From: an uncultured Candidatus Saccharibacteria bacterium
Lineage (GTDB): Bacteria; Patescibacteriota; Saccharimonadia; Saccharimonadales; Saccharimonadaceae
Assembly (NCBI GenBank): GCA_964549525.1
Contig: CAZJUR010000003.1
Coordinates: 2,030 to 66,029 of the forward strand
Length of the DNA stretch: 64,000 nucleotides
Direction of reading: 5' to 3'
A program made the position numbers and the translations under genes. Below are positions 1 through 12,246 of the stretch, in pieces (position 1 is the first letter of the stretch; every line of letters begins with the position of its first letter). The notes below the pieces were generated by a model, which saw only the letters and a list, made by a program, of their open reading frames with translations, searched no databases and was not told the origin of the DNA.

Positions 1-1
1 A

Positions 2-1021
2 GTCCTCGATAGGCCCGAAGTCGAAGTAAAAAAATTTGTCCCAAATCAAGAACTCGAATTTACAGCAGAAGTAGATATCTTACCTGCAGTCAAACTAAAA
101 GAATACAAAAAATTACAAGCTACCAAGCCTAAAGTTACAGTTGCTGAAAAAGATATTGATGAAGTTGTCGAGCGTATGCGACAAGGTTTCGCTGAAAAAA
201 AGGAAGTAGTGCGAGTGGCAAAAATGGGCGACGAAGTCACGATTAATTTTAAAGGTTTTGATGCAAAAGGCGAGGCATTTGCTGGAGGAGAGGGCAAAGA
301 CTACCCACTAACGCTAGGTTCCGGTTCGTTTATACCTGGCTTTGAAGAAGGTATAGTCGGGAAAAAAGCACAGGAAACAGTTACTCTACCAATAACCTTT
401 CCTGCAGATTACCATGCGGCACATCTTGCAGGTCAAAAGTGCACATTTGAGGTAACTATTAACACAGTCAAAGAAGTTATTTTACCGAAAGTAGACGCTG
501 CCTTTGCTGCAAAGTGCGGACCTTTTAAAACTATTAAAGAATTGCGTAATGATATTAAACGTGAGATTACTGCGCAACGAGAACATGAAGCCAACGAGCA
601 GTACAAAGATAAATTAGTCGACGCTCTTATCGCGCAAGCAAAACCTGTTGCCCCAGAATCACTTATAAAAACTCAGATGAAAAATATAGAGACAGACTTT
701 ACACAAAACCTTGCAGCGCGCGGATTAACGTTAGAGCAATATCTACAGGATAAAAAAATGACTCGTGATGAGTGGGAAAAAAAGGAATTATATAATGCAG
801 CCAAAAAACGGATAGAATCATCGATGGTCTTAAATGAACTTGGTCGTGTCGAAAATATTACAGTAAGTGACGAGGAGATTGCCGCACGTCACCAGCAACT
901 GCTCGAGCAATACAAAGATCCGAATATTCGTCTTCAGCTAGAAACCCCCGAAGCACGGCAAGATATTGCAAATCGCTTAGCCACTGAAAAAACACTCGAC
1001 CTACTTGTTCAATTAAATTAG
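2..1021 (+). CDS. tig: Trigger factor, 5' end cut by window edge
   Basis: Reading frame is open from nt 2 (VLDRPEVEVKKF...) into listed ORF 176..1021. It has an FKBP-type PPIase core (FKGFDAKGEAFAGGEGKDYPLTLGSGSFIPGFEEG) and a helical C-terminal arm, and lies directly upstream of clpP. Confidence 0.9.
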   Translation, partial: VLDRPEVEVKKFVPNQELEFTAEVDILPAVKLKEYKKLQATKPKVTVAEKDIDEVVERMRQGFAEKKEVVRVAKMGDEVTINFKGFDAKGEAFAGGEGKDYPLTLGSGSFIPGFEEGIVGKKAQETVTLPITFPADYHAAHLAGQKCTFEVTINTVKEVILPKVDAAFAAKCGPFKTIKELRNDIKREITAQREHEANEQYKDKLVDALIAQAKPVAPESLIKTQMKNIETDFTQNLAARGLTLEQYLQDKKMTRDEWEKKELYNAAKKRIESSMVLNELGRVENITVSDEEIAARHQQLLEQYKDPNIRLQLETPEARQDIANRLATEKTLDLLVQLN

Positions 1022-1028
1022 CACTCAC

Positions 1029-1057
1029 TTGACACGAGTGCTAGACAAGCGTACACT
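1029..1057 (+). promoter_or_regulatory. Sigma70-type promoter of clpP (TTGACA-17-TACACT), probably leaderless
   Basis: TTGACA at 1029-1034, 17-nt spacer, TACACT at 1052-1057. The clpP ATG (1064) starts 7 nt after the -10 hexamer with no Shine-Dalgarno between. Confidence 0.5.
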
Positions 1058-1063
1058 AAAAAT

Positions 1064-1660
1064 ATGAAAAAACTTTCTAATTATCTTGTGCCTACAGTGG
1101 TGGAGAAATCATTTGATGGCGAGCGTGCTTTTGATATTTATTCACGACTCCTGAAGGATCGCATCATTTTTTTAGGGGAAGAAGTCAATGAACACACAGC
1201 TAATATTGTTGTAGCCCAACTTCTTTTTTTGGCTGGTGAAGACAGCAAGAAAGATATTATGTTTTATATCAATAGTCCGGGCGGTAGCGTCTATGACGGT
1301 ATGGCGATTTATGACACGATGCAATATATCAAACCAGATGTACAAACAATCGGTATCGGTCTGCAAGCCAGTATGGGGGCCTTTCTCCTCAGTAGTGGCA
1401 CAAAAGGAAAGCGGTGTTTGCTACCGCATTCACGCGTGATGATTCACCAACCTTCGAGTGGTACTCGAGGTAAAGTAACTGATCAAGAGATTTCTTTAAG
1501 AGAGAGTATTCGCGTAAAAAAGCTTCTAAATGAAATCCTCGCCAAAAATACGGGTCAAAAATTAGCCAGAATTGAAAAAGATGTTGATCGCGACTTCTGG
1601 ATGGACGCCAAAGAAGCAATCACGTATGGATTAGCAGACGAAATTATCAAAAGTGCTTGA
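1064..1660 (+). CDS. clpP: ATP-dependent Clp protease proteolytic subunit
   Basis: 198 aa with typical ClpP blocks: [27 protein letters not shown], the catalytic Ser context [11 protein letters not shown], and MIHQP. Confidence 0.95.
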   Translation: MKKLSNYLVPTVVEKSFDGERAFDIYSRLLKDRIIFLGEEVNEHTANIVVAQLLFLAGEDSKKDIMFYINSPGGSVYDGMAIYDTMQYIKPDVQTIGIGLQASMGAFLLSSGTKGKRCLLPHSRVMIHQPSSGTRGKVTDQEISLRESIRVKKLLNEILAKNTGQKLARIEKDVDRDFWMDAKEAITYGLADEIIKSA

Positions 1661-1821
1661 CAATTTGATTTTCATTCGCCACAATGGTATGTAATGAAGT
1701 AGTGTAAGTTGGGTATTTTATGCGTGTGCTGTAGTGGCTCTCAGTTTGCACGCATGCTTAACTTTAGTGATCTTCGGCGCCGCACGCACTATCAACCCAT
1801 AATCAAAGGAGACCATATTTA

Positions 1822-5171
<3,350 letters not shown>

Positions 5172-5172
<1 letters not shown>

Positions 5173-8100
5173 TGAGTCGTTTAATTGCAAATACCAGTAT
5201 TGCCGATTTTGATGCAGTGCGCTTGGCTGTAGCTGGCGCAGAAGATATCAAAAAATGGAGTTATGGCGAAGTTACAAAACCAGAAACCATTAATTATCGT
5301 ACCCAAAAGCCAGAGCGAGACGGGCTATTTTGTGAACGAATTTTCGGTCCCGTTAAAGACATTAATCCCCATGATGCAAAGCTAAAGGGAGTACGTTCGC
5401 GAGAAGCAGCAGTCGATAAAAATGGCGAGTTGGTTACACGTAGCATTGTCCGTCGTGAGAGAATGGGTCATATTTCTCTAGCTGCTCCTGTCGCTCATAT
5501 ATGGTTCATGCGAGGTACTCCAAGCGCGATGAGTCTTTTACTTGGTATTACGGTTCGTAATCTCGAGAGAATTGCGTATTTTGCGAGCTATGTCATCTTG
5601 AGTGTTGACACTGAAAAACGCGATCAATATCTCGCTGATGCCGAAGCTGAACTTGAGGCTGGCAAAGTAGCAATAAAAATGCGCTATGAAAAAGAAGCTG
5701 AAGCTGAGGGGGCTGATGTCAAAAAATTAGCCGAAGCTCAAACACGAGAAATTTCTGAACTCGAAGAAAGCTATACCTTAAAGAAAACTCAGCTTGATTC
5801 ATTTAACAAAGCGGCGCTTATTAGTGAAATCGATTATCGAAATCTCCCTGATGAGTATGCTGATCTAATTCAAGTTGGCATGGGTGGAACTGCACTGAAA
5901 ACTTTGCTTGATGGGATTGATCTTGAGACCCTTACCAAAGAGCTGGCTGAAGAAGCTGAAGAAGCAAAAGGTCAACGTAAAAAGAAAGTCATGAAACGAC
6001 TTAAAGTTCTCGAAGGCATGTACCGTGCTGGTATTCAACCAAATAGTACTACACTGACTGTCCTGCCTGTCATTCCACCGGATCTTCGACCGATGGTGCA
6101 ACTCACTGGTGGTCGATTTGCAACCTCTGACTTAAATGATTTATATCGCCGTGTCATTAACCGTAACAATCGCTTGAAAAAACTAATTGATTTAAATGCT
6201 CCTGAGGTTATTCGACGTAATGAAATGCGTATGCTTCAAGAAGCTGTTGATGCATTGATAGACAATTCTGCAGCGCGCGGTAACCGAGCGGTAAACGCGA
6301 CTGGCGGACGTCGAAAACTCAAATCGCTCAGTGATATGCTCAAAGGTAAACAAGGACGCTTCCGACAAAATCTTCTCGGTAAACGAGTTGATTACTCTGG
6401 TCGTTCTGTGATCGTGGCTGGTCCTGAACTAAAAATTCACCAATGTGGTCTTCCAAAACAAATGGCACTTGAGTTATTTAAACCATTTGTCATTAGCTGG
6501 TTATTACGCAACGAACACGCCCATAACATTCGATCAGCTAGTCGTTTGATTGAAGCAGGTTCGACTGTTGTGTGGGACGCGCTTGATGAAGTTATCGCAG
6601 GTAAATACGTGCTTCTCAACCGTGCTCCGTCACTACACCGACTTTCTATTCAGTCATTCCAACCAAAACTGATTGAAGGTAAAGCAATTCAGCTTCACCC
6701 GCTTGTGTGTGCTGGCTTTAACGCAGACTTTGACGGTGACCAAATGGCAGTCCATCTTCCGCTCAGCGAGGCAGCCCAAGCCGAAGCACGTGATCTCATG
6801 TCCGCTACCAACAACTTATTAAAACCTGCTGATGGTACTCCGGTACTAAACGTTGCTCAAGACATTGTGCTTGGCTGCTACTATTTGACGTATCATAAAC
6901 CGTCTGCACAAGTAAAGAAAGTTGCGCGCTACAGTTCAGTGGCTGAGGCTACGATGGCGCACGAAAAGGGCGTCATAAAACTCCAAACTCCGATCGTCCT
7001 TGCTATCAATGGCGAGCAGCGCGATACAACCCTCGGTCGTGTCTATTTCAACGAAGCATTACCAGAAGATTTTGCCTATGTAAATGACACCATGACGAAG
7101 AAAAAATTGAACAAAGTTCTTGGACAAGTCTTTACGAAATATGGTGCTGAAATTACTGCCCATACCGCCGATAATTTGAAAGAACTGGCGCTGAAATACG
7201 CAACTGCTGCGGCGGTTTCAACGGGTATGCAAGACTACTTCGATGTCAAAGAAATGGATACTCTCATCGCGGAAGGTGATACCCAGACAGCTCGTATTTC
7301 TGAACAGTATGAGCAAGGGTTGATTACCGAAGATGAACGGTACAATTTGACCGTCCAAGCGTGGCGAAATGTCGACAAAAAAGCGGTCGCTACACTTGAA
7401 GAAAAACTCAAAGATTCCGATACGTCTGTTAGTGTGATGGTTAACTCTGGTGCGCGAGGTAGCGTCGATAATATCAAACTAGCTACCGCTATGATCGGTA
7501 TCATGGTTGATGCAACTGGTAAAGAAATAGAGCTCCCGATTCGGTCGAGCTTCAAAAAAGGCCTCACACAGCTTGAAGCATTTGTGGCTACACGAGGCAC
7601 GCGAAAGGGACTCATTGATACCGCCCTAAAAACCGCTGATTCTGGTTATCTAACCCGTCGATTGGTTGATGTTAGTCAAGACGTGTTCACCATTGATGAA
7701 GATGCACGTGACGAAGGATTTGTTATCTATCGTTCTGAAACTGATAAAACCATGATTGAATTTGGTGATCGCCTATATAGCCGATACGCAGCCGAAGATA
7801 TCGGCGCGCATGTAAAAGCCGGTGAACTCATTACGAGAGATATCGCCGATGCTATTAACGAAGACGAATCAGTTGAGTCAGCTAAAATTTATAGCGTTCT
7901 CACTGCGAAAAACCTACGCGGTATTCCGCAAAAGAGCTACGGTCTCGATATGGCGACGGGGACACTTATTGATGTTGCACAACCTGTGGGAGTAATCGCT
8001 GCGCAGTCAGTTGGTGAGCCTGGTACCCAGTTAACACTTCGAACCTTCCATGCATCAGGTGTAGCTGGTGAAGATATCACACAAGGTTTGCCACGTGTTG

Positions 8101-8981
8101 ACGAGCTTTTCGAAGCCCGAACGCCGAAAGGTGAGGCTGCACTATCGCACATCGATGGCATCGTAAAAGTGTGGGAAGACGGCAACAAATATGTGGTACA
8201 AGTCACCCCTAAAAAAGGCCGAGTTGAGAAGCTAAAGCTTGAAAAACGCAAAGCCCACGTCAAGACAGATACCGAAGTGCTGGCTGGCGATGTATTGGCC
8301 GCCTTAAAAGACGGCGAAGAACCGCTCACCGCACCATTTGATGGCGTGGTAGAAGTCACTAAAGATCAGATTATTATTAGTAGTAATCGACAAACTCCAG
8401 CTCGATATGAAATTTCTGGTTTGAAACAACTCCTCGTTCAAGATGGTGATGAAGTCGAAGCGGGCGATCGCTTAACCAATGGATCGGTCAACCTACATGA
8501 ACTGATGCGCTATAAGGGCGTCGAAGAGACTCAGCGCTACATTATTAATGAAGTGCTTCGTATCTATGCTTCACAAGGTCAGAATATTGCTGATAAACAT
8601 CTCGAGATCATCGTTCGTCAGATGTTTAGCCGTGTTCAAATCGAAGATCCTGGTGACAGCTTGTTTGTGACAGGTGATATCGCCAGTAAGGCCGTCGTAG
8701 TAGAATCGAATGAACAGCTTGTGGCTGAAGGTAAAGAGCCGGCGCAGTTTACGCAACTACTACTCGGTATCACGAAAGTTTCTATCTGGAGCGATAGCTT
8801 CCTATCGGCTGCTTCCTTCCAAGACACTACACGAGTGCTCATCAATGCGGCCACGAGCGGACGAGTAGACAATCTCTATGGCTTGAAGGAAAATGTCATC
8901 ATCGGCCGAAAGATACCAGTCGGAACTGGCGCACGAGTAGAGCCTGACATTTCTGATACTGATGTTGACGTAGCTGCATAA
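5172..8981 (+). CDS. rpoC: DNA-directed RNA polymerase subunit beta-prime
   Basis: 1269 aa with the catalytic [12 protein letters not shown] motif. The ATG overlaps the rpoB stop (TAATG). Confidence 0.98.
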
Positions 8982-9038
8982 ATACCTAAAGCTACTACGA
9001 TTTTCATGCGCAGTGCGCGACACTGTTGTAATAGCGTA

Positions 9039-9047
9039 TGGTACAAT
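9039..9047 (+). promoter_or_regulatory. Extended -10 element (TGgTACAAT) for sppA
   Basis: TGgTACAAT ends 7 nt before ATG 9054, with no SD in between. This supports 9054 rather than 9006 as the start. Confidence 0.4.
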
Positions 9048-9053
9048 GAAGAC

Positions 9054-10199
9054 ATGTCAGAGCAAACTCCTCAACAAGAATCGTTTATAAAAAAACAACT
9101 AAAATTAGCTGTCAGTACTCTTACTATTACTACTGTCGGTACCTTGTCGATTGCATTTTGGTTAAACTTAGCGCTTTTTAGCTTGTTTATTATATGCGCG
9201 TTTATCCTGGCATCGATTATTGGTGTGGCAGATCAAACCGCACAATCCGATCGAGTATATACGACTGTATATGGCAACTCCACAAGCAATCATAAAGTGT
9301 TGTCTATTCCGCTCTTTGGTCCGATCGAAGGCTCCAAGCAGACACAGAATCCTGTCTCAATTTTTGGAGTCGATAATACGGTCTATGGGTATGAAATTAA
9401 GCAGGAGATTAAAGAAGCGGCCGATTCACAAGCATACAGCGGCCTGGTCCTTGAGGTCAATTCGCCCGGTGGCACTATTTATGGCTCAAAAGCAATTGCT
9501 GATGGAGTACAATATTTCAAAGAAAAAACGAAAAAACCGGTGTATGTGAGCGTACAAGGACTGGCAGCCTCAGGATCATATTGGGTTAGTGCTAGTGCAG
9601 ATAAAATATTTGCTGATAGCGGCACCGGTATTGGTAGTATTGGCGTCATTTACGGTCCATTTACCTATTTTGATAAAGTTGTTGCCATAGATGGGGGTGT
9701 TCTCGGTGGCGGAGTTGCGACCCAAAATGGAATTGAGCAAGAGTACATTACAGCTGGTGAAGGCAAAGACGCAGGGAACCCATTTCGTCGATTAACAGAT
9801 ACAGAACGAGCGATTATGCAACAAGGTGTTAATAATTCATACGAACAATTCATAAGCTACGTTAGCAAACGGAGAGGTATTCCCCTCGAGACACTACAAT
9901 CTTCCATTGGAGCACATTTGTATGGCGAAAATCAGGCTTTACAAAATAAGCTCATTGATGGGATAGCCAGTCGTGAAGAAGTGTACAAGGCCTTAGCAAG
10001 TAGTGAAGGAATTCAGAATAATTTCTATGTAGAATCATCTCACGCTCCGGAAGAAGATTTTTGGCGCTCACTCGGTGTTAACTATTTCAATAAACAGAAA
10101 CAGTCTGCTAAGAACGTTAAGCCGCTTATTTGTACTGGTTCTGTGACTCAACCACTTGCATTGCATGGTGATACCGCACAATTTTGTGATAAAGAATAA
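9054..10199 (+). CDS. sppA: Signal peptide peptidase SppA-like (S49 family), membrane anchored
   Basis: S49 blocks LEVNSPGGTIYGSKAIADG and GLAASGSYWVSASADKIFA, with an N-terminal TM segment. Start moved from 9006 to the internal ATG 9054 on promoter evidence. Confidence 0.8.
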   Translation: MSEQTPQQESFIKKQLKLAVSTLTITTVGTLSIAFWLNLALFSLFIICAFILASIIGVADQTAQSDRVYTTVYGNSTSNHKVLSIPLFGPIEGSKQTQNPVSIFGVDNTVYGYEIKQEIKEAADSQAYSGLVLEVNSPGGTIYGSKAIADGVQYFKEKTKKPVYVSVQGLAASGSYWVSASADKIFADSGTGIGSIGVIYGPFTYFDKVVAIDGGVLGGGVATQNGIEQEYITAGEGKDAGNPFRRLTDTERAIMQQGVNNSYEQFISYVSKRRGIPLETLQSSIGAHLYGENQALQNKLIDGIASREEVYKALASSEGIQNNFYVESSHAPEEDFWRSLGVNYFNKQKQSAKNVKPLICTGSVTQPLALHGDTAQFCDKE

Positions 10200-10207
10200 T
10201 CACACCG

Positions 10208-10236
10208 TTGCATAATCTGATATATTTTGCTATAAT
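10208..10236 (+). promoter_or_regulatory. Sigma70-type promoter of rpsL operon (TTGCAT-17-TATAAT)
   Basis: TTGCAT at 10208-10213, 17-nt spacer, TATAAT at 10231-10236 preceded by TGc. About 100-nt leader before rpsL. Confidence 0.6.
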
Positions 10237-10338
10237 ACCAGGTGAGTTTCCTGTACTTTGTGATGAAGTGCAACGCACGCGATAAGGTTGCTGCTTATCG
10301 GTGTATTTACTAAAGATAAGAGGAGAAAATTCTTTTTC

Positions 10339-10752
10339 ATGCCAACTATTAACCAGCTTGTTCGAAAGCCGCGTAAAACAGCAGCTAAAAAATCAAAGAG
10401 CCCGGCACTCGGACGTATCCAAAATGCGTTAAAAAGTCGTTATTATGATCAAAAAGCACCCTTAAAGAGAGGTGTGTGCGTTAAAGTGACTACTAAAACG
10501 CCAAAAAAACCAAACTCAGCTTTGCGGAAAGTGGCGCGCGTTCGCCTCAGTAATGGCTATGAAGTATGGGCATATATTGGTGGTGAAGGTCATAATTTGC
10601 AGGAGCACGCTGTAGTGTTGATTCGTGGCGGCCGTGTCCCAGACCTTCCCGGCGTCCGATATCATGTTGTGCGAGGTACGCTGGATCTTCAAGGTGTGGC
10701 AGACCGCAAGCAACGTCGGAGCAAATACGGCGCCAAAAAGGAGAGTAAGTAA
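10339..10752 (+). CDS. rpsL: 30S ribosomal protein S12
   Basis: [13 protein letters not shown]..., [12 protein letters not shown] and [38 protein letters not shown] Shine-Dalgarno at 10318-10326; the listed ORF start 10288 is an upstream extension. Confidence 0.97.
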   Translation: MPTINQLVRKPRKTAAKKSKSPALGRIQNALKSRYYDQKAPLKRGVCVKVTTKTPKKPNSALRKVARVRLSNGYEVWAYIGGEGHNLQEHAVVLIRGGRVPDLPGVRYHVVRGTLDLQGVADRKQRRSKYGAKKESK

Positions 10753-10816
10753 ATGATGCGCTTAAAGAGGGAAAAGAGCAGACAGAGCGCGCGAATTCAT
10801 TTCGCGACCTTGCTCG

Positions 10817-10843
10817 ATGAGAAAAACCGTAGGTTTGTCTCAT
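10817..10843 (+). promoter_or_regulatory. Strong hairpin in rpsL-rpsG spacer (candidate S7 translational operator)
   Basis: ATGAGAAAAACC-gta-GGTTTGTCTCAT: a 12-bp stem with one A.G mismatch, about 30 nt upstream of the rpsG ATG. The function is inferred by analogy with E. coli S7 autoregulation. Confidence 0.3.
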
Positions 10844-10871
10844 TAGCGAATCCGAAGGAGGAGCGATAGAA

Positions 10872-11348
10872 ATGCCGCGTAAAAAAACTAAATCACTGCA
10901 ACGTCGACTAAATCCTGATCGTAAATATCAAAGTGTTCTTGTTCAACGACTCATTAACAAGAGTCTCTTAAACGGCAAGAAATTATTAGCTGAACGACAA
11001 GTATATAGCGCGCTAGAGATTGCTGCCAAAAAACTAAAAAGCGAAGAACCTCTCGCTGTTTTTGAGCAAGCTCTAAAAAATATTTCACCAAACTATGAAG
11101 TAAAATCTCGTCGCGTAGGTGGCGCAAATTATCAAATACCTTTTCCTGTACAAGGCCACCGTCAATTACATTATGCGTTTAGTTGGCTAGTACAAAGTGC
11201 CCGCGATCGAAACGGTATGCCGTATGATCAATGTTTAGCTGCGGAAATTGTTGATGCCTACAACCAAGCCGGTGCTGCATTTAAGAAAAAAGAAGACACT
11301 CACAAAATGGCTGAAGCCAACCGTGCGTTTGCTCACTTTGCTCGATAA
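10872..11348 (+). CDS. rpsG: 30S ribosomal protein S7
   Basis: 158 aa with typical S7 blocks (PDRKYQS, VKSRRVGGANYQIP, MAEANRAFAHFAR). GAAGGAGGAG Shine-Dalgarno upstream. Confidence 0.97.
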   Translation: MPRKKTKSLQRRLNPDRKYQSVLVQRLINKSLLNGKKLLAERQVYSALEIAAKKLKSEEPLAVFEQALKNISPNYEVKSRRVGGANYQIPFPVQGHRQLHYAFSWLVQSARDRNGMPYDQCLAAEIVDAYNQAGAAFKKKEDTHKMAEANRAFAHFAR

Positions 11349-11355
11349 TATTATT

Positions 11356-11802
11356 TTATACGTCTAAGGTTAACTGTTTCGTAGGAATCTTAGTTGGATT
11401 TATAGCGGCAGGATCACACGGCTCGGTATGATCGATTGTCGTCTTTGTATTGAGTCGAGCTAGCATACCTTTTCGTGTTTCTTGACCATGCTCAGTTGTG
11501 TGGTTCGGCCCCGCAACAGGATGCGAAAGCTCCCATGCTGGGAGATTATCGGCGAGTTTACAGGCTGTACGTAGTGCGCATGACCCACAGGACTGACGGA
11601 GGTATCTATCCGCTTCATGGCGTGCTTTGCTCGCATTATCATCTAGACCATTAATATTGTAATGCCGCTTTGGGCCAGGTGAATTAAGAGTAGCAGAGTT
11701 AAGCAACGCATATGCACATCCTTCTTTTGAACGAGCTTGACCAAGAGCCTTGCTTGCTCGTTGGAGATTGGTATGACGATATGTAATTTTATATTGTTCC
11801 AT
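11356..11802 (-). CDS. Hypothetical 148-aa protein with WhiB-like Cys spacing (C29...C72-x2-C75-x5-C81)
   Basis: ORF antisense to the str operon direction. The motif SCGSCALRTAC fits C-x2-C-x-[VL]-R-x2-C of Wbl proteins, but the GVWGG turn is absent. TATAAT lies 11 nt upstream of the ATG. Confidence 0.5.
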   Translation of the reverse strand: MEQYKITYRHTNLQRASKALGQARSKEGCAYALLNSATLNSPGPKRHYNINGLDDNASKARHEADRYLRQSCGSCALRTACKLADNLPAWELSHPVAGPNHTTEHGQETRKGMLARLNTKTTIDHTEPCDPAAINPTKIPTKQLTLDV

Positions 11803-11814
11803 AGTCTGACTATA

Positions 11815-12096
11815 TTATATCGCACCTAGATCAGGTCCCCATGGATCAGCGTTGCGCCTGATCCTTTCATCTATCTCATCATGAAGTTTTTGTGTCCGCT
11901 TAGATACTGGCTTTTTCTTGGATCGATATGTTTTTTTGTGCACCGTTTTCCTTACAGCAGCAGAACCAAGTTCCACTTCTCTTTTGGGAGGATGAAATCC
12001 TAAATCCTCAGCTACCTCTCTCGATATTCCATCAGTCTGACCACCGATCTGATGATCGCGGATATTATCTAACCAAACTTGTTCTGGTGTTACCAT
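11815..12096 (-). CDS. Hypothetical basic 93-aa protein
   Basis: Start set to the internal ATG 12096 (MVTPEQVW...) because TGaTATAAT ends 8 nt upstream. Lys/Arg-rich middle; no recognisable family. Confidence 0.4.
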   Translation of the reverse strand: MVTPEQVWLDNIRDHQIGGQTDGISREVAEDLGFHPPKREVELGSAAVRKTVHKKTYRSKKKPVSKRTQKLHDEIDERIRRNADPWGPDLGAI

Positions 12097-12103
12097 AGTA
12101 TGT

Positions 12104-12112
12104 ATTATATCA
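12104..12112 (-). promoter_or_regulatory. Extended -10 (TGaTATAAT) for the reverse-strand two-gene insert
   Basis: The reverse complement of 12104-12112 reads TGATATAAT, with 7 nt between the hexamer and ATG 12096. Confidence 0.45.
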
Positions 12113-12156
12113 CAGATAAGTAAAAAAAGCAATATATACCATATTTTGGTCTATTC

Positions 12157-12165
12157 TGCTATAAT
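12157..12165 (+). promoter_or_regulatory. Extended -10 (TGcTATAAT) upstream of fusA
   Basis: TGcTATAAT at 12157-12165, about 80-nt leader, AAGGAG Shine-Dalgarno before ATG 12247. Confidence 0.45.
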
Positions 12166-12246
12166 AAACTACAACGCATTGTTTTCTATGGCAAAAATTG
12201 GCAAGAAAATAACAGAGAATAATAAGTAATATGTACAAGGAGCCGT

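Noticed and set aside
1657-1821. rpoB promoter (TTGACA 1657-1662, 17 nt, CACAAT) and leader hairpin ATGCGTGT/GCACGCAT (about 1730-1765)
   Set aside because: The -35 hexamer is perfect, but the -10 hexamer is weak and the hairpin has a 20-nt loop with no U-tract. This is plausible but not strong enough to list as a feature.
9006-9053. Longer N-terminal extensions given by the ORF track (sppA 9006, rpsL 10288, vanY 33202, gap 57792, rel 57809, aquaporin 46661, ORF 44032, ORF 55941)
   Set aside because: In each case an internal ATG is preceded by a proper SD or by a -10 element at leaderless distance. The extension either overlaps the upstream gene or disrupts the conserved N-terminus (for example MPTINQL of S12, MSVTKIAINGFGRIGR of GAPDH).
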